Shown: piece by piece, positions 9,505 to 17,031 of the stretch
Position numbering within the stretch: the first letter of the stretch is position 1
Layout of the letters: each line of letters begins with the position of its first letter
NCBI GenBank assembly: GCA_963845195.1
Contig: CAWJRH010000004.1
Span: 1,638,104-1,702,103, forward strand
From: an uncultured delta proteobacterium
GTDB taxonomy: Bacteria; Myxococcota_A; Polyangia; Polyangiales; Houyiibacteriaceae
Direction of reading: 5' to 3'
Length of the DNA stretch: 64,000 nucleotides
Notes under the pieces: model-generated
Told to the model about the DNA's origin: nothing
What the model saw: the letters and a program-made list of their open reading frames with translations, nothing else
Database searches by the model: none
Translations under genes and position numbers: made by a program

Positions 9505-10653
9505 ATGAATTACTCATTCCTTTTTCTGTCTGCCGCCACGCTCCTACTCGCGACCACGCTTGTCGGCTGCGCCGACGATGCTCCGAGCGAAGAGACCTTC
9601 CGCGGCGTTCGAATCGACCTAGTCATTGGGGATGTCGACGTGCCCGCGCTGACTTTTGATGTCATCTGCGAGGATGGCTTCGAGCTGAGCGGACAGTTCA
9701 ACGTGAACGACGACCTCGATCCGCCCGTCTGGTCCGCGCTCATGGACCTGCCCGTTGGCGACTGCAGCATCACGCTCACGGCGCCCGACGACGAGGGCAT
9801 CCCTATCTGTTCCGGCTCTTCCGATTTCACGGTGCGCCTCAACGAGACGGCGAAGGTCAACGTCGTGCTGACGTGCTTCGTCAACTCGCACGACGAAGGC
9901 GAGCCTGAGTGCGTCACCCTCCCCGACTGCGAGCTGGTCTGGGCCGACGAGTTCAATGGCGATGCCGTGGACCTGACGAAGTGGGAGTTCCAACTCGGCG
10001 ACGGAACTCAGTTCGGCATCCCGCGCTGGGGCAACCAAGAGCTCCAGTGGTACATGTCGAGAAACGCCACCGTGGCAGACGGCGTCTTGACCATCCAGGC
10101 ACGAGAAGAACGTATTGGACGCTTCAACTACACCTCATCGCGTCTTCGCTCTCTCGGCAAAGGTGACTGGACGTACGGTCGCTTCGAGATGCGCGCGAAG
10201 CTGCCGGTAGGGCAAGGCATGTGGCCCGCGTTTTGGATGCTGTCGAGCGACCCCTCAATTTACGGCGAGTGGGCCGCAAGCGGCGAGATCGACATCATGG
10301 AATCAACCGGCGACGACCCGGACAGAATCCTCGCCACGATTCACTACGGCCGCACGGCACCCGAAAACGAGTCTTCTAGCTCCAGCACACGGCTCCCCGA
10401 AGGGGGCGCGAGCGAGTTTCACGAGTACGCCATCGAGTGGAAGGCCGGCCAAATCGACTGGTACCTCGACGGTGAACTCTATGCCACGCGCACTAGCTGG
10501 TACTCGAGCGGCGGGCCCTATCCTGCGCCTTTCGACGTCGACTTTCATCTCCTTCTCAACCTCGCCGTAGGCGGCAATCTGCCGGGCGACCCGGACGCAA
10601 CAACCGTCTTTCCGCAGGACTTCGTCATCGACTACGTGCGGGTCTACCAATAG
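9505..10653 (+). CDS. GH16 endo-beta-1,3-glucanase (laminarinase) lipoprotein with the shared N-terminal module
   Basis: The start is taken at ATG 9505 (MNYSFLFLSAATLLLATTLVGC|ADD). GH16 motifs are WADEFNG and the catalytic ExDxxE in GEIDIMES. The protein ends DYVRVYQ. Confidence 0.9.
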   Translation: MNYSFLFLSAATLLLATTLVGCADDAPSEETFRGVRIDLVIGDVDVPALTFDVICEDGFELSGQFNVNDDLDPPVWSALMDLPVGDCSITLTAPDDEGIPICSGSSDFTVRLNETAKVNVVLTCFVNSHDEGEPECVTLPDCELVWADEFNGDAVDLTKWEFQLGDGTQFGIPRWGNQELQWYMSRNATVADGVLTIQAREERIGRFNYTSSRLRSLGKGDWTYGRFEMRAKLPVGQGMWPAFWMLSSDPSIYGEWAASGEIDIMESTGDDPDRILATIHYGRTAPENESSSSSTRLPEGGASEFHEYAIEWKAGQIDWYLDGELYATRTSWYSSGGPYPAPFDVDFHLLLNLAVGGNLPGDPDATTVFPQDFVIDYVRVYQ

Positions 10654-10655
10654 AG

Positions 10656-11711
10656 ATGATGCGACCAATGCCTCTCGCCGCAATCGCGGTCACTGTCGCC
10701 GGGTGCCACTCGGCACCCGACGAGACGCGCACCACTATCGATGCATCACGTGAGCAAGCACCCAACGGATTGTTGGCCGGAGAAGTCATGGCAGTTGCGT
10801 ATTCGGGCTTTCGCGAGGGCCAGTACCCAGATCGAGGCGACGGTGCGGTGAACCCGAGCCCGGAAGAAATCCTCGAGGACCTCGAGCTCCTCGTCGCTCA
10901 CGGGTTCAGGCTCATCCGCTTGTACGATTCGGGCGACAACTCGTCATTGACCCTGGAGCTCATCAGGAAACACCGACTCCCGATCAAGGTGCTCCTTGGG
11001 ATCTGGCTCGAGGCGGAGGTCAGCAACCACGAAGGCTGTCCGTGGCTTCACGAGCCGATTCCCGAAGAGGCGCTGGAGGCCAACACCTGGGCGAACGCGG
11101 CCGAGCTTCGACGCGGGATCGCGCTCGCGCGGCAATTCGAGGACGTCGTGGTCTCGGTGAATGTGGGAAACGAAGCCTTGGTCGATTGGAACGATCATAT
11201 GGTGCCGGTCAAGAAGGTGATAGCCTACGTTCGCCTCGTGAAAGCCGCTGTCGAGCAACCCGTCACGGTGGCTGAGAACTACGCCTGGTGGATACGCGAC
11301 GGTGCTGCACTGGCAGCCGAAGTGGATTTCCTGGGTGTGCATACGTACCCAGAGTGGGAGGGCAAGACCATCGATGAGGCCCTCCCCTATACCCTCGAAA
11401 ACATCGAAGGTGTTCGGCAGGCGCTACCCGACAAACAGATTGCGATCCTCGAGGCGGGCTGGGCAACCACGGCAGTCGAGTTCGGTGACCGGGCCAACGA
11501 GGCGAACCAGGCGCGCTACTATCTCGAACTCGAGGAATGGGCCCGGAGCACGAACACGACCGTGTTCTTCTTCGAGGCATTCGACGAGCCGTGGAAAGGC
11601 GAGGCGAACGCCCCGCTCGGCGCCGAGAAACACTGGGGACTCTTCAACGTCGATCGAACGCCCAAAGAGTTCCTTCGCACGCGGTCGAACGCAGACGCCG
11701 AAGCACGCTGA
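10656..11711 (+). CDS. GH17-family beta-1,3-glucanase/transglycosylase, lipoprotein
   Basis: The lipobox is TVAGC. GH17-type motifs are VSVNVGNEALV (acid/base) and AILEAGWAT (nucleophile position, equivalent to ETGWPS), followed by FFFEAFDEPWKG...KHWGLF. Confidence 0.85.
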   Translation: MMRPMPLAAIAVTVAGCHSAPDETRTTIDASREQAPNGLLAGEVMAVAYSGFREGQYPDRGDGAVNPSPEEILEDLELLVAHGFRLIRLYDSGDNSSLTLELIRKHRLPIKVLLGIWLEAEVSNHEGCPWLHEPIPEEALEANTWANAAELRRGIALARQFEDVVVSVNVGNEALVDWNDHMVPVKKVIAYVRLVKAAVEQPVTVAENYAWWIRDGAALAAEVDFLGVHTYPEWEGKTIDEALPYTLENIEGVRQALPDKQIAILEAGWATTAVEFGDRANEANQARYYLELEEWARSTNTTVFFFEAFDEPWKGEANAPLGAEKHWGLFNVDRTPKEFLRTRSNADAEAR

Positions 11712-11732
11712 GCGCGAGCACTCTCGAATGAT

Positions 11733-12497
11733 TCATTCGACCAACACGACCGAGCCGAACAGGCCCGCGTCGATCCAGCCGCGGTCCTTCTTGTCCCCGG
11801 GCGCCGACTCAGAGCCAACGAAGTTCTCGCGGAGCTCGCTGCCGTCGTTGTCGCAGTAGGCAAGCATCAGGCCTATCACTTTGCCAGGCACCAGCTTGAC
11901 GGGTTCGTTCTTGTCGGAACCGTCGACGTAGTCGTCTGCGTAGATGTCGATTGCGACCTCCCAGACGATCTTGTTGCCGTACTGCCGCCAGCGGCTCTGA
12001 ACGTGATGCGAGTAGCTGTGGGGCGCCTTGTCGGTACCGATGTCGATGGCCTGGTTGTCGAGCGACACGTGATAGGCGAACGCGTTGTGGTTGTATTGGT
12101 GATCGCCGCCAGAGTAGTCCTCGTCGACGAAGACCTCGAGACAGTCGTCATCCCAGTACTGGACGAGCGGGTCACGGTGGCTGTCGAACAAGATGTCGTC
12201 GACGAACTCGCCGAGAATGTAGATGCGCTCCGAAGTCCAGACCACCTTGAAGCGGCCCTGAAAATCGGTCTTCGAGTACTCCGGGCCGAGCCAACGGTGC
12301 GTGAGCGCCTGCCAGCGAGCGCGCTTCCACACGGCCTCGTCCGCCACGCCATCGACCGTGGGCGCCTGCCGGGCGCGAGGCGCGCGATACTCGGTGCGCC
12401 CCGGGTAATGAGTGGAACCCTTCGCGAAAGCGAGAGGTGTGGCACACAGCCCAAGCGCCGCAAGCGCAACGCACAACATGGCGCCCACACGAAGCAT
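11733..12497 (-). CDS. secreted CBM9-like carbohydrate-binding protein
   Basis: It has a signal peptide ending LAFA|KG. The segment PTVDGVADEAVWKRARW...FKVVWTSERIYILGEFVDD...WDDDCLEVFVDEDYSGG matches the CBM9/DOMON-like pattern by eye. Confidence 0.6.
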   Translation of the reverse strand: MLRVGAMLCVALAALGLCATPLAFAKGSTHYPGRTEYRAPRARQAPTVDGVADEAVWKRARWQALTHRWLGPEYSKTDFQGRFKVVWTSERIYILGEFVDDILFDSHRDPLVQYWDDDCLEVFVDEDYSGGDHQYNHNAFAYHVSLDNQAIDIGTDKAPHSYSHHVQSRWRQYGNKIVWEVAIDIYADDYVDGSDKNEPVKLVPGKVIGLMLAYCDNDGSELRENFVGSESAPGDKKDRGWIDAGLFGSVVLVE

Positions 12498-12536
12498 GCC
12501 TCGACCTAGGTGCTCCGTCCGCTCCGCTCGACGGCG

Positions 12537-13511
12537 TCAGACAAACTTCGGCTCGCCTTCCTCGTTCCAGAGTCCCCAGTAGGCTCCGACATCACCCTCA
12601 TCGCTGGTCTTCCAGGTTTCGTCGAAGGCCGAGAAATAGAACACCTCAATGCCGTCGGCGTTGGCCCATTGATAGGTCCTGATGAAGTACTCGAGCGCAG
12701 CGTCGTAGGACGGCACGGCGGCACCGAAAGCGGACCCCGAAGTAGGCCAGCCCGTTTCACTGATGATGACTGGTTTTCCATCGGCTACGTTTTGCGCGCG
12801 TCGATACATCTCTTTCATATACAGCAGGGCATATTCCGCAGGACAGCTCTCCCAGAACGGATAACAGTTGACCAGCAGCGTGTCGCAGGCCGCAGACACG
12901 CGGGGGTGGTTCTCGAAGAGGAAGTAGGCATCGACGGTCCCCACGGGAACACCGGGGACCGAAGCCTTCGCGCGTTCGATGTACTGGATGAGCTGCGTTT
13001 CGGTGAGGTCTTCGCGAAGCATGACTTCGTTGCCGACCGCGAGAATGTCGGCGTGCCCCGCCCGGGCAACCTCGATGCCATTGCGTAGCTCGACTTCGTT
13101 CGCGTCCAAATCGCCCGACAGGCTGATTCCCACCATCGTCCGAAGCCCGAACTCACGCGCGATACGAGCCGTTTCCTGCTGTCCGTCGATGCATGAGAAA
13201 CTCCGGACCCACCGCGTGTACGGCGCGATGATGCTCATCCGTCCGCGTATCTGGTCGGCGCCGATATCACGCCCAGGAGCCTGTCCCGGCAAATACGGGC
13301 TGAAGGACATGCCATGGATCTTGTGACGCAGGATCGTCTGAAGGAGCGCCACCTTCTTCGCACGCGACATCTGTGAGAAATCGGTACCGAGAAGCCCCGG
13401 AAACCCCGGCAGCTTATAGCCGGAACGTCGGAACGCCACGGCAGCGCTCGACAGGGAGCTGACTGAGAACTCTTTGTGGTTGACTCCGGACACGATTCTC
13501 GCGTGGTGCAC
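12537..13511 (-). CDS. GH17-family beta-1,3-glucan hydrolase/transglycosylase without detectable signal peptide
   Basis: Motifs are ILAVGNEVML, the canonical VIISETGWPTSG, and FYFSAFDETWK...YWGLW. No hydrophobic N-terminal segment appears for any candidate start (M1 or the internal MSRAKK). Confidence 0.85.
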   Translation of the reverse strand: MHHARIVSGVNHKEFSVSSLSSAAVAFRRSGYKLPGFPGLLGTDFSQMSRAKKVALLQTILRHKIHGMSFSPYLPGQAPGRDIGADQIRGRMSIIAPYTRWVRSFSCIDGQQETARIAREFGLRTMVGISLSGDLDANEVELRNGIEVARAGHADILAVGNEVMLREDLTETQLIQYIERAKASVPGVPVGTVDAYFLFENHPRVSAACDTLLVNCYPFWESCPAEYALLYMKEMYRRAQNVADGKPVIISETGWPTSGSAFGAAVPSYDAALEYFIRTYQWANADGIEVFYFSAFDETWKTSDEGDVGAYWGLWNEEGEPKFV

Positions 13512-13541
13512 ACCACGCCCCAGCGCCGGACATTAGCACGC

Positions 13542-13561
13542 CGGTTCGCCTGATTGAACCG
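13542..13561. promoter_or_regulatory. inverted repeat CGGTTC-N8-GAACCG upstream of the cytoplasmic GH17 gene
   Basis: Read directly in the 65-nt gap between the GH16 stop (13577) and the GH17 start (13511). The half-site GGTTCG/CGAACC also occurs in the 3601-3733 region. Confidence 0.3.
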
Positions 13562-13576
13562 TGAAACTTCGCGCGT

Positions 13577-14986
13577 TCAGTCTGACGGGTCGACCCGCCT
13601 ATAGACCCTGACGTAGTCCACAAGCATCGTCTGGGGATAGGTCTCGGTGCCCGTGGGCGGTTGGTTGTTGCTGCCCAGTGTCCCGCCCATCGCGACGTTG
13701 AAGATCATGTAGAACTCTTCGAGGAACTCGCTCATCGTCTCTGGATTGATCGACTTGACAAAGTAAGTAATCCCGTCGATTTTGCCGACGATCTTGCTCT
13801 CGTCCCATTCGGCCCCGAAGAGGTGAAAGTCATCGCCAAGTGAGGTGTCGAAGGACTTGTTGGCGCTGACGAAGACCCGCCCTTCAGGAAACGAACAGGT
13901 CTCCGGAGCCTGGATCGACTCGTCGCACCAGTGGATCGTGAAATGCGTCGTTCTCTCGTTTGAGAACGCGTTGTGAAGCTCCATGAAGTCGATTTCGCCC
14001 GAGCGTGGCCACCCCACGGTCGGGAAGTTCGCTCCGAGTGCCCAGAACGCGGGCCACGCGGCCCTCCCAACGGGGGCCTTGATCCGGGCCTCTACTTTGC
14101 CGAACTTGAAATTGACCTTGTTGAGGGAATTGATCTTTCCTGATGTAATCGTTCCATCGCGGACACCGCAGGGCGGCGCAGGACACAACGCGGAGAGCAC
14201 CAGGTTGCCATCTTCGACGCGCACGTTGTCTGGCGACTCCGTATAGAGCTGCCACTCGTTGTTGCCCCATCCTTCGTTGCCGTATCCGGTCTCGATGGTC
14301 CAGTTGGTCGGATTCGGAGCCGTTCCCGAATCAAAGCCATCCTCGAAAACCAGCTCGTACTCGACATCGCTTGGCGGGCAGCCGTCTGACTGCGTGATCC
14401 CGTCGTAGTAGAATGTCCAGTCATCCGGATCGTTGCCCGCATCGCCGGTGACTCCCAGGTCAAAGATGACCGTGATTGCCGTAGCTTCGTCCCCGTCGGT
14501 GCCATCCGCGAAGTCGAAACATAGCTCTTCCCAGGCACCGCTCCCGCCATGCGCGGCCGGTCGCTCTTGCTCCAACCCCTCGAGCTTGAACAGTACGTCT
14601 GCGGGACGTGTGGACCAGACCTTCATCGTGAAGGCCGTGCCCGACCCCCAATCGACCGAATCGTCGAGCATGAGCGTGCTTCCGCCAAACACCTCGCCGG
14701 GGAATTTCTGCATTCTTGCAGCCTTGGGCGTCGCGTTGATTCCGCTCGGATCGGGATTGTCGACCACTCTCGACACGCCCCCGCCGAAATCAACGAAGGT
14801 GAACGGACCGCACGCGTCCTCGAACTCGACCGCGTCTGCGCAGTTCGCTGGTGGGGGTTCAGGGCGCTCAGGGCGCTCAGGCTCCTCGGTGGAGCCGACG
14901 CTTTCGTTGCTACAGCCGACCAAGCCGGCAATCAGCAAGAGAGAAACGCACACGCGCGGAAGCGGCGAGCGGTGTTTGGTGTACAT
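13577..14986 (-). CDS. GH16 endo-beta-1,3-glucanase (laminarinase) lipoprotein with an N-terminal CBM-like domain
   Basis: The lipobox is IAGLVGC|SNE. A ~170-aa beta-sandwich-like N-terminal domain precedes the GH16 catalytic ExDxxE in GEIDFMEL. The protein ends DYVRVYR. Confidence 0.9.
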   Translation of the reverse strand: MYTKHRSPLPRVCVSLLLIAGLVGCSNESVGSTEEPERPERPEPPPANCADAVEFEDACGPFTFVDFGGGVSRVVDNPDPSGINATPKAARMQKFPGEVFGGSTLMLDDSVDWGSGTAFTMKVWSTRPADVLFKLEGLEQERPAAHGGSGAWEELCFDFADGTDGDEATAITVIFDLGVTGDAGNDPDDWTFYYDGITQSDGCPPSDVEYELVFEDGFDSGTAPNPTNWTIETGYGNEGWGNNEWQLYTESPDNVRVEDGNLVLSALCPAPPCGVRDGTITSGKINSLNKVNFKFGKVEARIKAPVGRAAWPAFWALGANFPTVGWPRSGEIDFMELHNAFSNERTTHFTIHWCDESIQAPETCSFPEGRVFVSANKSFDTSLGDDFHLFGAEWDESKIVGKIDGITYFVKSINPETMSEFLEEFYMIFNVAMGGTLGSNNQPPTGTETYPQTMLVDYVRVYRRVDPSD

Positions 14987-15148
14987 GAAAAAACTCCAAG
15001 GAAACGTGCAGCCAAGAGCATAGTTCTATTGCCCGGTCGGGGTAGCCCCACGGCCACCCTTTTCCAAGCAAACTCAGGCTTTTTAGGCCAAATCCACAGT
15101 ACGAGAGATGGGCCGCGTCGTACAGGACGCCGTGCTAGGCAGTAGCCG

Positions 15149-16975
15149 ATGGGGCGCGTGAGGAAACATGACTGGGCCGCTACGTTGCGCGTGGTCGCGC
15201 GCGCGCTCGTACTCTCGTGCGCCTGCCTGGCCTTGTGGCCATCCGCCGGTGCGGCAGAGCCCATCCCCGTCGAGCTACGTCGCACAGAGGAAGGCTGGCA
15301 GCTACTGCGGGGCGGCAAGCCGTATTTCATTCGCGGCGCGGGCGGCGACGCTTCCCTCGAGCAACTTGCAGCCGCCGGCGCCAACTCTGTGCGCACCTGG
15401 GGATCGGACGACCTCGAAGCGAGTCTCGACGCGGCCCACGCGCTTGGCCTGTCGGTGACCGTTGGCATCTGGCTTGGCCACGAACGCCATGGGTTCGACT
15501 ACGGCGAAGAGGCCCAGGTGCGCGAGCAGCTCGAACGCGCCCGCAAGACGGTGCTCCGCTACAAAGACCATCCGGCGGTTCTTCTCTGGGGCATCGGCAA
15601 CGAGATGGAGGGCTTCGACTCGGGTGACAACCCAGCCATCTGGCGTGCAGTCAACGACATTGCCAGTATGGTCAAGAAGCTCGACCCGCACCATCCGACC
15701 ATGACCGTCACCGCCGAGCTTGGGGGCGGACGGATCGAAGGCGTTCACAAGCACTGCCCGGCGATCGACATTCACGGCATCAACTCCTACGGCGGTGCGA
15801 CCAGCGTCGCCGAACGCTACCGCGCCGCCGGAGCAACCAAGCCGTACATACTCACGGAGTTCGGGCCACCTGGCGTCTGGGAAACCCCGAAGACCGATTG
15901 GGGCGCACCCCTCGAGCCAACGAGTTCAGAGAAGGCGGCGTTCTACCGACGCAGCTATCAGCGTGGCATCCTCGACGCCCGGGGCCTTGCGCTCGGTTCG
16001 TACGTCTTTACCTGGGGCTCCAAGATGGAGGCAACCCCGACCTGGTACGGCATGTTTCTCGATGACGGCGCTCCACTTGGAGCAGTCGACGTCATGACCG
16101 AGCTCTGGTCGGGCACCCCCCCGAAAAACCTCGCGCCCACGATAGACCCCCTGGTGATAGACGCTCAACCAGAGCTCGACGCAGGCCAGGAGCTGCGCGT
16201 GCGGGCCGTGGTCACCGATCCAGAACGTTCGGCGCTCCGTGCGCGCTGGGTGCTGCGGCGCGAGCCCGGCGAATACTCGACCGGGGGCGACGCCCGGCCC
16301 GTGCCACCGGAGGTGACAGGCGCGATCCTCGAGGCGCGCACCGACGGAGCGCGCGTGCGCATGCCGAACGAGCCGGGCCCCTATCGGCTGTTCCTGACTG
16401 CCTACGACGCCGAAGGTAAAGCCGCCACGGCGAACGTGCCGCTCCGCGTGAAGGGCCAAGTGCGCACACCGATGCCTTTCTACGTGTACCAAAACGGTTT
16501 CGAGGGCATGCCCTGGACGCCCTCGGGCTGGATGGGTTCGACCGAATCGTTGACTCTCGATGGCAGCCATACCGTCAACCCGTACGATGGTGACGCCTGC
16601 ATCGAGGTTCGCTTCGAGGGCGACATCGGAACCTGGGTCAGCGTCGCCTGGCAGCACCCTCCCAACAACTGGGGAGATCAGGAAGGTGGCTACGACCTCA
16701 CGGGGGCGGGTTACCTCGAGTTCTGGGCTCGAGGCAAGTTCGGTCCGGAACAGATCAGCATCGGTGTCGGACTCCTTGGCGCCGACAAGGCACACCCCGA
16801 TTCAGCGAAGACTACGGTCGACGATATGCGGCTGACGCACGAGTGGAAGCGGTACCGCGTTCGTCTCAAGCGACTCGACCTCTCCAGCATCAAGACGGGC
16901 TTTGTCGTGACGCTCACCGGGCAAGGCTCGCCTGTGACGGTCTACCTCGACAGCATTCGCTTCGTCGCCAGGTGA
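15149..16975 (+). CDS. secreted clan GH-A TIM-barrel glycosidase (paralogous in layout to the 139..3498 catalytic domain) with a C-terminal CBM-like domain
   Basis: A signal peptide is present (...CLALWPSAGAAEP). Motifs are LLWGIGNEMEG and PYILTEFGPPG. The C-terminal ~170 aa, FYVYQNGFEG...VYLDSIRFV, looks like a jelly-roll CBM. Confidence 0.75.
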   Translation: MGRVRKHDWAATLRVVARALVLSCACLALWPSAGAAEPIPVELRRTEEGWQLLRGGKPYFIRGAGGDASLEQLAAAGANSVRTWGSDDLEASLDAAHALGLSVTVGIWLGHERHGFDYGEEAQVREQLERARKTVLRYKDHPAVLLWGIGNEMEGFDSGDNPAIWRAVNDIASMVKKLDPHHPTMTVTAELGGGRIEGVHKHCPAIDIHGINSYGGATSVAERYRAAGATKPYILTEFGPPGVWETPKTDWGAPLEPTSSEKAAFYRRSYQRGILDARGLALGSYVFTWGSKMEATPTWYGMFLDDGAPLGAVDVMTELWSGTPPKNLAPTIDPLVIDAQPELDAGQELRVRAVVTDPERSALRARWVLRREPGEYSTGGDARPVPPEVTGAILEARTDGARVRMPNEPGPYRLFLTAYDAEGKAATANVPLRVKGQVRTPMPFYVYQNGFEGMPWTPSGWMGSTESLTLDGSHTVNPYDGDACIEVRFEGDIGTWVSVAWQHPPNNWGDQEGGYDLTGAGYLEFWARGKFGPEQISIGVGLLGADKAHPDSAKTTVDDMRLTHEWKRYRVRLKRLDLSSIKTGFVVTLTGQGSPVTVYLDSIRFVAR

Positions 16976-17031
16976 CGGCCAGCAGAAAGACACATGGGAA
17001 CCCGTCCTTCGCCGGCCGAAGCCCTGCCGGG

